Virus record (IMG/VR): IMGVR_UViG_3300011577_000001
Strand: one strand, 5' to 3'
Source: a virus
Lineage: Duplodnaviria > Caudoviricetes
Length of the DNA stretch: 64,000 nucleotides
Position numbers and translations under genes: made by a program
In this document: piece by piece, positions 37,293 through 45,833 of the stretch
Position numbering within the stretch: the stretch's first letter is position 1
Layout: each line of letters starts with the position of its first letter
Notes under the pieces: model-generated
Told to the model about the DNA's origin: nothing
The model's database searches: none
Seen by the model: only the letters and a program-made list of their open reading frames with translations

Positions 37293-38146
37293 GCCGTTTA
37301 GCAGATACCATCCTTGACAACAAAGCGTACAACCAGTACGGGCGCTCGGCCATGGTCGACATCCGTAAGGGTGGTTCCAACGGTCCGGCACCGGACTACG
37401 CGGCGTATGTAACCAACTCCGCGTACGTTCGTCGGAACATCATCGCTATCCTCATCGAGGCCCCTCGCGGGTTCCAAGATCTGGAAGACCCGGACTACTG
37501 GGTTTCCACTCTGAAGAACCTGGTCGAGCTGGCACCGAAGACCATCGAGGGTCTGTCTCAGACCCTGACGGTTGAGCACATCGAAAACCCATTCGGTGGT
37601 GCTGGTGAGGTTCAGCAAGATATTTCGAACGTCACCCGTCAGCGTTCGGCTCCTCAGTTCACCTGGAACGAGAAGTACGGCAAGGCCGTTGCTTCCTTCC
37701 TGAACGGTTGGGTGCTGAACCTGATCATGGACCCGGACACCAAGTACCCGCGCGTTGTCAAGAACACCGACAAACCGGCGGACTTGCTCCCCGACTACAC
37801 CGGGATGACCGTGCTCTTCATCGAGCCGGACCCAACCCACACCAAGGTGATCACTGCCTGGCTGTCGACCAACATGCGCCCAACCGGCACTGTTGCGGAG
37901 ATCTCCGGTAGCCGTGACATCACCGCTGCGCTGCAAGGTGCGGACTACTCGGTTGAGTTCACTGCCCTGACCCAAATCGGTGAAGGCGTGAACAGCTTCG
38001 CTCAAGAGATCCTGGACAACATGACTCTGACCGGCGCTAACCCGAGCCTGCAAGAAGCTTTCGTACGAGAAATCGACGCGGAAGTAGAAGCAGCCGACAC
38101 CGGCTACGCCAACCGCATCGAGAAAATGGCTTCGGCCACTATCTAA
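37289..38146 (+). CDS. Tail tube protein (phiKZ gp30-like)
   Basis: Coupled to the sheath gene (ATGA overlap); YVRRN, EKYG and LFIEPDP motifs. Confidence 0.85.
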   Translation: MSRLADTILDNKAYNQYGRSAMVDIRKGGSNGPAPDYAAYVTNSAYVRRNIIAILIEAPRGFQDLEDPDYWVSTLKNLVELAPKTIEGLSQTLTVEHIENPFGGAGEVQQDISNVTRQRSAPQFTWNEKYGKAVASFLNGWVLNLIMDPDTKYPRVVKNTDKPADLLPDYTGMTVLFIEPDPTHTKVITAWLSTNMRPTGTVAEISGSRDITAALQGADYSVEFTALTQIGEGVNSFAQEILDNMTLTGANPSLQEAFVREIDAEVEAADTGYANRIEKMASATI

Positions 38147-38154
38147 GCGGTGAC

Positions 38155-38190
38155 ATACGCGGGGGCCTTCGGGTCCCCGTTTATGCCGTA
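38155..38190 (+). terminator. Intrinsic terminator after the tail tube gene
   Basis: GCGGGGGCC-TTCG-GGTCCCCGT followed by TTATGCCG. Confidence 0.75.
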
Positions 38191-38238
38191 TTTTGTGAAG
38201 GCCTTCGTTCTTAACACTTCATTCTAGGGAAAGCAACC

Positions 38239-39495
38239 ATGCTTAAGCAATACATGGAGCCTGATCAGCTCCCCACTACCAACTGGTCCATGGAGTCGAT
38301 CGAAAGCCTGATCGCTTCCGGGAACGCCCAACTGGATCGCTTCGAAGCGCTCTGTGTGGCGATGGAAGAAATCGAGGACATCCACAATGACCTCCAGACC
38401 CTGATCGAAAACAACGATGCGAACCAGACCACTGCGGTCATGATTCGTGAACGTATCGAGAAGGTCGAAGACGACACCGGCATCCGTGCAGAAATCCCTG
38501 CTCTGGAAGACCATGGCGACGACATGATCGCTTACCACCAGATCTCGATGGAAGCAGTATCGGGTATCTGGAACCGCATCAAGCAAGCCTACGTCTCCGA
38601 ATGGCAGACCATGTTCGATGGCTTCTCCACCCTGTTCGGTGGCTACCGTCGTTGGGGCTTGAAGCAACAGGCTCGTCTGCACCGCCTGCGTCAAGAGTGG
38701 AAAGACAAGAAGCCAGAACTGAACGAACAACGTCACAAAGGTTCGCTCGCTGGTCAAACTGTCTACATGGCGTTCACCATCGAAGGTCGCATGTCCAAAG
38801 ACCCGGTCGGCGACATGCAGAAAGACTTGGCTAACGCTAAGTACCTGACCCAGGAATATCCGAAAGCTCTGGCGATGTACCTCGAGAAAGTTCGTGGTAT
38901 CATCAATGGTGGCAAGTACGACAGCGACGATGGCTTCGAGTCCTCGGTCCTGGGCAAGTTGGGCAGCCTTGAGCATCCTTCGCAAGTTCTGAAATCCCCA
39001 ATCATCGGTAAAGGCAACGTCATGTTGCACAACCGTGGCCTGGAGATCAAGAAAGGTCGTTCAGTCAAGCCGGTTGGCGCGGACGAGAAATACCGCAAAT
39101 TGGCAGACCTGTCGGTTCAGACTTACGTGAAAGAGTTCATCTTCACTTGGTCCAACCTCAACGCTGGTATCATCGAGGACTTCTACCTGTCCACCGCTGA
39201 TGTCGACAAGTTGCTGGATCTGTGCGACGAGTACTGCAAGTGCTTGATCAACGCGATGGAAGTATTCCGTCCGATGCAGAAAGCCATGAAAGGTCTGGCT
39301 GACTTCGCGAAGAAGAACATCGAAACTGAACGTCTGAACGGCACCAACCAGAAAGCGTTCAAACAGATGCTGTCCTTCGTGCGCGGTCTGCGTCGCTACG
39401 CCAAAACCCCGTATCGCGTAGAGATCACTCGTATCCAGGGTGTGATCATCGCGTCACGCATCATCGCCAGCCGTACTATCGCTACTGCGAAATGA
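38239..39495 (+). CDS. Internal head protein with acidic propeptide (phiKZ inner-head-protein style)
   Basis: Acidic N-terminus with SME, ALE and ISME protease-type sites, followed by a basic helical domain. Confidence 0.7.
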   Translation: MLKQYMEPDQLPTTNWSMESIESLIASGNAQLDRFEALCVAMEEIEDIHNDLQTLIENNDANQTTAVMIRERIEKVEDDTGIRAEIPALEDHGDDMIAYHQISMEAVSGIWNRIKQAYVSEWQTMFDGFSTLFGGYRRWGLKQQARLHRLRQEWKDKKPELNEQRHKGSLAGQTVYMAFTIEGRMSKDPVGDMQKDLANAKYLTQEYPKALAMYLEKVRGIINGGKYDSDDGFESSVLGKLGSLEHPSQVLKSPIIGKGNVMLHNRGLEIKKGRSVKPVGADEKYRKLADLSVQTYVKEFIFTWSNLNAGIIEDFYLSTADVDKLLDLCDEYCKCLINAMEVFRPMQKAMKGLADFAKKNIETERLNGTNQKAFKQMLSFVRGLRRYAKTPYRVEITRIQGVIIASRIIASRTIATAK

Positions 39496-39540
39496 CGGCA
39501 TAAAGGCAAAAAAAAAAGCAGGGGCCGAAACCCCTGCTTT

Positions 39541-39933
39541 TTATGCCGCCTGTTTTTGACGATATTCCAAGACCAACTCGTGTGTCTGCATGAACAACTC
39601 CACCCGCTCCAAGAAGGCCAGATCCAAAGAACATTTGAACTTGTACCCGTTCTTCTGACAGTACTCGTGGAACTTGTGGTAGTTTTCCTCAACGTTGGCA
39701 AACCGATCGGTATACGCCAGACACCATTGAAAGACGGTCAGAGGTAAGCCTTGATCGCCCCGCACCTGATGAATACGCAGTGGTAAGCCTTCCCGTTCGA
39801 ACTCCTCAACGAACAGATCAAAGTCGGCAACGTTGTACATCATCAGGCCAACTTCATTCAGGTTGTCGAAGTCCCGCTCCCCAGCGAGAATCGCAGCCAC
39901 CATCTTCTTATACCACTTAAGGTTTAACCCCAT
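39541..39933 (-). CDS. Hypothetical protein
   Basis: RBS AAGGA. Confidence 0.65.
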   Translation of the reverse strand: MGLNLKWYKKMVAAILAGERDFDNLNEVGLMMYNVADFDLFVEEFEREGLPLRIHQVRGDQGLPLTVFQWCLAYTDRFANVEENYHKFHEYCQKNGYKFKCSLDLAFLERVELFMQTHELVLEYRQKQAA

Positions 39934-39963
39934 GGTCAGTATCCTTACGATGCTCTTGTCATA

Positions 39964-40326
39964 TTAGATCAGTTCGCCCATGTCCGTAGCTGGAAGGCCT
40001 TGGGACGTCGCATACGCAATCAAACGGTCCTTGAGGTTATGTCGGTGACAGAACACTCCCGCTCGACACATACAGGCCACTACAACGCGTTCTAGCCGTA
40101 CTACACGATCCCACTCTTCTTGGTGGTCGATCTGTTTCTGGTCCAGGATTTCATTGTAGCGACGGGTGTACTCTTCTTGGCTCAGGCCAGAGTACTTGAT
40201 CCCGTGAACGATTTCTTTGATTGGCGAGAAGGCAGGGTTGCCATTACGCCAAGTGGTGTCGATGAACTCGATTCCCAGTTCCTTAGCTCGACGCCATTTG
40301 CCCATTTGCAGCGTGTAGATTTCCAT
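39964..40326 (-). CDS. DUF488-like protein
   Basis: IYT...P...EEYTRRY...VVVACMC....CHRHNL pattern; start could be the TTG at 40341. Confidence 0.6.
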   Translation of the reverse strand: MEIYTLQMGKWRRAKELGIEFIDTTWRNGNPAFSPIKEIVHGIKYSGLSQEEYTRRYNEILDQKQIDHQEEWDRVVRLERVVVACMCRAGVFCHRHNLKDRLIAYATSQGLPATDMGELI

Positions 40327-40406
40327 ACCCAACTCAGCCAAAAAAAAAAGAGGTCAGCATAAAAGCGGTAGGGTGTTACCCCTACCGCTTGGCCTAGGCC
40401 GGGTGA

Positions 40407-41291
40407 TCAGCCAGCGAGAGCAGCTTTCGCGCGCTCGTTGATGCTGTCACGGACTTTCTTCAGCACACCCTTGTTGGCGTGAGCGTTGACGCCGTACTTC
40501 ATCGAGACGATGCCGTACTTGGTGATGACCGCGTTCGGATCGCGCTCTTCGCCTTCTTTCGGGATGCCGCCAGCCGGGTACTCTTTCGAGCGCTGGATAG
40601 TACCGGCAACGCTGTCGGTGCCGTAGCCGAATTCGACGCTGAGCTGCTCGAGCTTCTCGTCGGCCTTGAAGGCTTCGATGCCGATCTGGCCCAGGGCTTC
40701 TGCGGTGGCAGCGACCAGGTTCACAGCGTGGTTCTGGTGCAGGGTACGGGACTCGGTGGTGATGCCTTCGGGCAGGGTGGTGTCACCGATGTCTTTCGGC
40801 AGGGAGATGATCGAGCCGTCGCGGGTGTGAGCAGCGACCAGGGTGGCAGCCAGAGCTTCGACGGTTTCCAGGGCAGTGGCTTTCTTCGATTCGGACATTG
40901 CAGTTTTTCCTTGCGGGTTGATGAGATCACGGGTTGCGTTGCGGATATCTCTTACATATCCTTCAACCTTTCCGTAATCAATTACTGGTTGATTCAGGTT
41001 TCTCTCGAAACTCTCGAAGACTTCGGCGGCTGCCTTGTCTGCGATTACTTTGATTTCCTCATCGCTCAACTGCCGAGGTGGCGGGTAAACGAGTTGGATA
41101 ACTTGTGCCAGTTCTTCGACGATTTCAGTTTGAATGTCATCGTCGATGTTATCGAACCAGCTATCGAAGCCACTACGACCATCCAAAGAGCGGATGACCG
41201 CATTAGCAGCTCGTGTTGCACGACAGCTCAGATCCATGTCTTCAAAGACGGGATACATATCTGCGCGGTCGAGTGTAGCTTGTGCGGACAT
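40407..41291 (-). CDS. Hypothetical two-part protein with a probable internal in-frame start at 40898
   Basis: RBS GGAG at the 5' start; second RBS AAGGA before MSESKK; early promoter TATATTAC at 41327-41334. Confidence 0.65.
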   Translation of the reverse strand: MSAQATLDRADMYPVFEDMDLSCRATRAANAVIRSLDGRSGFDSWFDNIDDDIQTEIVEELAQVIQLVYPPPRQLSDEEIKVIADKAAAEVFESFERNLNQPVIDYGKVEGYVRDIRNATRDLINPQGKTAMSESKKATALETVEALAATLVAAHTRDGSIISLPKDIGDTTLPEGITTESRTLHQNHAVNLVAATAEALGQIGIEAFKADEKLEQLSVEFGYGTDSVAGTIQRSKEYPAGGIPKEGEERDPNAVITKYGIVSMKYGVNAHANKGVLKKVRDSINERAKAALAG

Positions 41292-41353
41292 GGTGAATCT
41301 CCAATCAAGCTAGGTATTGCACTAGAGTAATATATACCCCAGATTCTTTTCAA

Positions 41354-41743
41354 TCACATATTGCACATGCACTCAGAAGTACAGAGCGTAGGGTCACGAG
41401 GGCGAATCATGGCTGTAGTGCCAAGATCAGCTTCCCACAAGATGCGAGGATTAAATCCCTGCCGCTCGACAGCTACCAGTTTTCCGGTAGCTGGGAAGAG
41501 AAAGCCTTGGAAGTTGTCTACCATGCGCGCTGACTGAACAGCATAGCGAATAACCATTTTTCCATGGTTACCATCAACTCGACCAATAGTATCGACTGTG
41601 AGTTGAATGCCTGGCTCACAAACCCAGGAGGCTTCGTAGACTTCTAACTCCCCATACTCAGTCACAATGGTGTCGCCCATACCGAGGCGTTTGATGTCCA
41701 TCGAAATGGCTTCGATCATCATCGCCACCCTCGATTCGACCAC
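41354..41743 (-). CDS. Hypothetical protein
   Basis: Member of an early operon; start may be 41722. Confidence 0.55.
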   Translation of the reverse strand: MVESRVAMMIEAISMDIKRLGMGDTIVTEYGELEVYEASWVCEPGIQLTVDTIGRVDGNHGKMVIRYAVQSARMVDNFQGFLFPATGKLVAVERQGFNPRILWEADLGTTAMIRPRDPTLCTSECMCNM

Positions 41744-42054
41744 AGGTCTTTCGGCATACCGCCGTCAGTCTCTTCAACTTGTTTGGACTTTGGAGCTTCG
41801 CGGCGAACTTTGATGTGCTCTGGCACGGCCACCGACGAAATGATTTTCTTCACATCACCATGGCGACAACGTACAACCATGCGATCACGTTGCATCAGTA
41901 CACGACCGTCACTCAGTGGGAAGTGTACGTCAGATACTGCGTGGATATTCGAGGCCGGAATATTCTCCCGACCAATCACCTTCGCTTCCAGACTATCGAG
42001 GATGTCCCCGATCTTAAGGTCACGGATGTGGACTAGCTCTTCAACGTAGCGCAT
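41719..42054 (-). CDS. Hypothetical protein
   Basis: RBS AAGGGG; operon packing. Confidence 0.6.
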   Translation of the reverse strand: MRYVEELVHIRDLKIGDILDSLEAKVIGRENIPASNIHAVSDVHFPLSDGRVLMQRDRMVVRCRHGDVKKIISSVAVPEHIKVRREAPKSKQVEETDGGMPKDLWSNRGWR

Positions 42055-42057
42055 GTG

Positions 42058-42402
42058 TTACCCCTTGGATCGTAGTAGTGGGGTCTCGATTCTGGGTTGA
42101 GCAAAGATCTTGAAGGTCTTCGGGAAGTTCTCTTCCTTAACTACCTTGCCTTCATTGTTCACGTACATCATCACACCGGAGTGCGGGAACAGGTAGGCTT
42201 GATAACCGCGACCATCACGGAACTGATGGCGCCAGACATTCATGGGTTCTTTGCCAACCCACTGACCCAACGAATTGGTCTTACCCTCATAGTTAGGTTC
42301 AGGTACGTAACTTCTTCCTACATATGTCAGGTCGTAAGCGGGAAGATAGTCACCAGCGAAGATCATGTCGATGGTGGCGTTCTCAGGCTTTACTGTACTC
42401 AT
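42058..42402 (-). CDS. Hypothetical protein
   Basis: ATGA-coupled to the upstream gene. Confidence 0.65.
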   Translation of the reverse strand: MSTVKPENATIDMIFAGDYLPAYDLTYVGRSYVPEPNYEGKTNSLGQWVGKEPMNVWRHQFRDGRGYQAYLFPHSGVMMYVNNEGKVVKEENFPKTFKIFAQPRIETPLLRSKG

Positions 42403-42632
42403 CCCTTGCGTCCTTTCTTAAACGTGTAGACTACGACCAACCCAACGGTCAGCACCAGTACATAGAACAACTGAGAGATCTCAAGGGCATCGCGGTGTTC
42501 AACAACAACTGCGAGGTAGAAGAACAACACCAGATACAGCATGGTGGTGATGACAATGAAGGCACCAGTCTTCGACCAAGTCTTGATAAAGCTTATGAAC
42601 TCTTTCAAGGCTTCCCAATTTTCTTTTAACAT
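42399..42632 (-). CDS. Small two-TM membrane protein (early)
   Basis: Two hydrophobic segments and a basic tail; RBS AGGAGG; early promoter at 42686-42693. Confidence 0.7.
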   Translation of the reverse strand: MLKENWEALKEFISFIKTWSKTGAFIVITTMLYLVLFFYLAVVVEHRDALEISQLFYVLVLTVGLVVVYTFKKGRKG

Positions 42633-42778
42633 TTTCTCCTCCTGAGGATAAATAGATCTCTACAACTTTGTAGCTTATCCCCTAGGTAATATGTGTCTGA
42701 AATATCTTTAGATAGAATGCGATTTAAGCGGCATAAAAGCCCTAGGGGTATAACCCCTAGGGTCTTATGACGATCGCA

Positions 42779-43492
42779 TCACCAGCGAGCGCTGGGAGGC
42801 TCCTGATAGGACAACAGCTCTGCTGTCGCTCCTTTGACCTTCTTCCACTCGGTGGCGTCGAGTTTACGGAGATTAGTAACCTCCCCTTTGTCCCAACCTT
42901 TCACCCAGCGGGAGAACTCAAAGGTCCAGTAGCCTTCGGTCAACATGATGTCGTGACTGAACCGAATGGTCGCACCTTTGGAAACCTCGAAGAACACCTC
43001 GATGGTTTTCTCACCCACGGCGTTGCGTTGATACTCACGCACCGAACGGTAGAAATACTTGCCGATTATCTCAGCAGGGTATTGCCACTTCTCCGGTTTG
43101 TAAGGAACCAACCAACGTTCGTCAGTGAAGTCAGCGTCGTAGAGGACTTTGACATTAGGCTTGACCGATACCTCATTACGGAAACCGTAGACGTACCAGC
43201 CGTCCTTCCATCCCTTGTTTGAACGCCCCCATTCCCAATCGGCTCGATCCTGTTGATAACCCAAGATACAACCGAAGATGGTGGGTGCCACACTCACACG
43301 AGGAACAGAACGATCTTCTTTCGGAGCAGAACGCTGTGTCAACTGTGGGACGAACTTCTTGATTCCTGGATTAACGGAAATATGGTACAGGAATTCCTGA
43401 CCCAAGTCCTCAGGGGAAATGATCTCACAGTTCTTGCCAACACCGTTGCGGAATGACGCGATGTACGCTTCACAGGCTTCGACGTCGTTCAT
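42779..43492 (-). CDS. Hypothetical, probably virion-associated protein ending in PPSARW
   Basis: RBS AAGGGGG immediately after the protease gene; LYHIS...PRVSVAP motif. Confidence 0.7.
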   Translation of the reverse strand: MNDVEACEAYIASFRNGVGKNCEIISPEDLGQEFLYHISVNPGIKKFVPQLTQRSAPKEDRSVPRVSVAPTIFGCILGYQQDRADWEWGRSNKGWKDGWYVYGFRNEVSVKPNVKVLYDADFTDERWLVPYKPEKWQYPAEIIGKYFYRSVREYQRNAVGEKTIEVFFEVSKGATIRFSHDIMLTEGYWTFEFSRWVKGWDKGEVTNLRKLDATEWKKVKGATAELLSYQEPPSARW

Positions 43493-43501
43493 ACCGCCCC
43501 C

Positions 43502-44266
43502 TTACCAGCGAGCAGACGGAGGCAGGACCAAACCAGCCTTACCGTGTTTCTTCCAACCGAAGTCGATGAAGATTGCAGAACCGGAAACGCCGCCAGACGA
43601 TTCCATCGAAACCCCAGCACCCACACCAGTGTCCATGGCTTCAACGTGTTCGCGGGTGAACTCCATCTCTTGGAAGGATTCCAGAGACGGAGCATTCCAT
43701 TTACGAGCGTAGTCGATACCAGGCTCGTTCACGTAGTCCCAGGTCACGATGGTGCGGATGTGCTTGACGAGGCGACCACCTTCGATCTTATCGTCAGTCA
43801 GGGAACGTACCGAGAAGCACACGCTCTCGTTCGGGTTTTCCAGCGACTCACCCAGGTTGTCACCACGAGGACCCGACGGCTTGACGCGACCAATCACAGC
43901 AACGACGCGTTGACCAGACTTGTCCTTAACGGCGTTCTGTTCGATGCGTACGTCAGCGAAGTGGCAGCAGACGTTGTCTTCGTAGATGGTCGACACACGA
44001 CGCAGGAAGCTACGCATGTCTTGGTTGGGGAGTTGTTTCGGGTGACCGTACTCGCCACGGCAAGCACCAGTCTCGATCCGGCGCATCAGGCTGGACGATT
44101 GCTCGAACAGCGCTTTAGCCGAAGCCAGTGGGTAGAACGCGCCACCACTGTTGTAACAGTCCAAACCACCCAGCACCAGCTCGTAATAGCCTTCGCTGTC
44201 GGGTTTGATCTTTCCTACTTTGTTTGTGCCGAGCAACGCGACACAACCATAACTGACACGTTCCAT
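43502..44266 (-). CDS. Prohead protease (phiKZ gp175-like)
   Basis: GEYGHP (His), FSVRS (Ser), TWDYVNEPG (Asp); C-terminal SLE/SME self-cleavage-type sites. Confidence 0.92.
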   Translation of the reverse strand: MERVSYGCVALLGTNKVGKIKPDSEGYYELVLGGLDCYNSGGAFYPLASAKALFEQSSSLMRRIETGACRGEYGHPKQLPNQDMRSFLRRVSTIYEDNVCCHFADVRIEQNAVKDKSGQRVVAVIGRVKPSGPRGDNLGESLENPNESVCFSVRSLTDDKIEGGRLVKHIRTIVTWDYVNEPGIDYARKWNAPSLESFQEMEFTREHVEAMDTGVGAGVSMESSGGVSGSAIFIDFGWKKHGKAGLVLPPSARW

Positions 44267-44272
44267 AGCACG

Positions 44273-44995
44273 TTACCTTCTCAAGAGTCCTTCGATAGGC
44301 TCTACCGTGTCGGAAGGGTTTACCAATGCGGAGGTTAAGCCTTCTTCCCAATAGGCACCTACCAGTTTAGCGGTGGTGTTACTTGCCCCGTACGTAACGC
44401 TTCTCAGCGGAATGAACGTGGGGTCAATCGCCAAGTCCTTCTCAGTTTTGATAGACTGGCGGTAATACTGCGTGCGGTCGTCTGCCAAACGGCTGATGGC
44501 GGCTACAATCATTTCCACGATGGCGTGGTTAGCCCCCACCGAGACTCCCGCGTGATGGCGAGCGCTCTCGAAGATACGGCCCAGTTCTTGGTAACCCATG
44601 AACCACGGCACGTGTCCCTTACCTAACAGCTCGGAATAAATCCGGTAGATAAAGATGTCGCTCTTGAGGAGGTTGATGTTGGCAATCACCACTGAACCAG
44701 GAGTAAACACGAACTCGATGTAGTCTTCGTCTTCGATCTTGATGTAGTTGGTGATAGTGGGCTCGATGCGCATCATGGCGTTGGCCAACGAAACACCCAA
44801 GTAGGTGTCGTCGACCGTGATTGCAAAGATACCAGAGATGGAAGTCTCGGTACCCAGGAACGCCATCTGTTGTTCAGCAAAACGGGCAGGGATGTAGATT
44901 TTTACCCCACGCGTAGTCACTAGCGTGCCATCCTCCATCTCTTTCAAGCTAGCATGGACTTTGGCGGCGTCACGTTTTAATTTTCTCGGGTCCAT
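44273..44995 (-). CDS. Conserved virion protein (phiKZ gp176-like)
   Basis: Synteny upstream of the protease; likely start MDPRKLKRD (RBS GAGGAG). Confidence 0.72.
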   Translation of the reverse strand: MDPRKLKRDAAKVHASLKEMEDGTLVTTRGVKIYIPARFAEQQMAFLGTETSISGIFAITVDDTYLGVSLANAMMRIEPTITNYIKIEDEDYIEFVFTPGSVVIANINLLKSDIFIYRIYSELLGKGHVPWFMGYQELGRIFESARHHAGVSVGANHAIVEMIVAAISRLADDRTQYYRQSIKTEKDLAIDPTFIPLRSVTYGASNTTAKLVGAYWEEGLTSALVNPSDTVEPIEGLLRR

Positions 44996-45758
44996 GGGAC
45001 TCCTCATCGAAATACCACTCCTTAAATGCGTCGCTGGTACTTTGACACCGGTGTTTAATCGTACTATAGGAAATGTTTAAAGCTCGACTGGCTTCTTTAC
45101 AATTACCGTAGGTTACACCATTAATGACGATCGGTTTGAACAAATGTTTTCTTGAGTCTAGCATATTCTGCTTAGCCTCTTCGGTATGTTTTCTACCCAA
45201 ATGTAAACGACTCATCACTTCTCTGGCTTCAGGGCTACTCCACTGTTGTTTGGCCTTCTCTCTCAAGTTAGCCCTTACAGTGGGGTCCTTCATCCGTTTG
45301 ATAGTTGCTGACCGCTGTTTATCCACAGTGGTCTGGGAAGCCTTCTTTCCAGTACGCAGGGTCTTAAGTATTTCGCGGTGCTCTGGAGTGACCTCGTGTC
45401 CCAATCCACTTATTCTTACGTCCATCGAAACATTAGTAACCTCTGCCCCACTTTTTACGTAGAGGTCAAGTAACTCCTGTTCCTTACAGTAGGCGGTTTC
45501 TCGATCGGGAGTCATGTGGAACATAACCGAAAATCTACGATCTGAGTCATACGCTATCTGGAGTCGCTTGTTTTCATGGAGCCCTTTGCTAAATCGGAGA
45601 CGATGAACCCGCATCCGTCTCACTAAATCGCCACTACTGCCGATGTAAATCTGCCCACTGGCGGTATGTGTGATTATGTAGGCACCACAATTACTGGGAA
45701 GAAGTTTTTTGGGAAGATTGAAGAAATCAAACCTAACCTTGTATTCGACGGCGTTCAT
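44970..45758 (-). CDS. Free-standing GIY-YIG endonuclease with NUMOD3-like repeats
   Basis: GAYIITH...IYIGSS...RR..H...HEN..LQ, E and N catalytic pattern; GRKHTEEAK; AT-rich; early promoter TATATTAC at 45794-45801. Confidence 0.9.
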   Translation of the reverse strand: MNAVEYKVRFDFFNLPKKLLPSNCGAYIITHTASGQIYIGSSGDLVRRMRVHRLRFSKGLHENKRLQIAYDSDRRFSVMFHMTPDRETAYCKEQELLDLYVKSGAEVTNVSMDVRISGLGHEVTPEHREILKTLRTGKKASQTTVDKQRSATIKRMKDPTVRANLREKAKQQWSSPEAREVMSRLHLGRKHTEEAKQNMLDSRKHLFKPIVINGVTYGNCKEASRALNISYSTIKHRCQSTSDAFKEWYFDEESHGPEKIKT

Positions 45759-45833
45759 TGGAAATTCCTAAAGAGAGTAAAATCATCACCTAAGTAATAT
45801 ATCCCTAAATTAATTTCCAATGAACATTTACCC

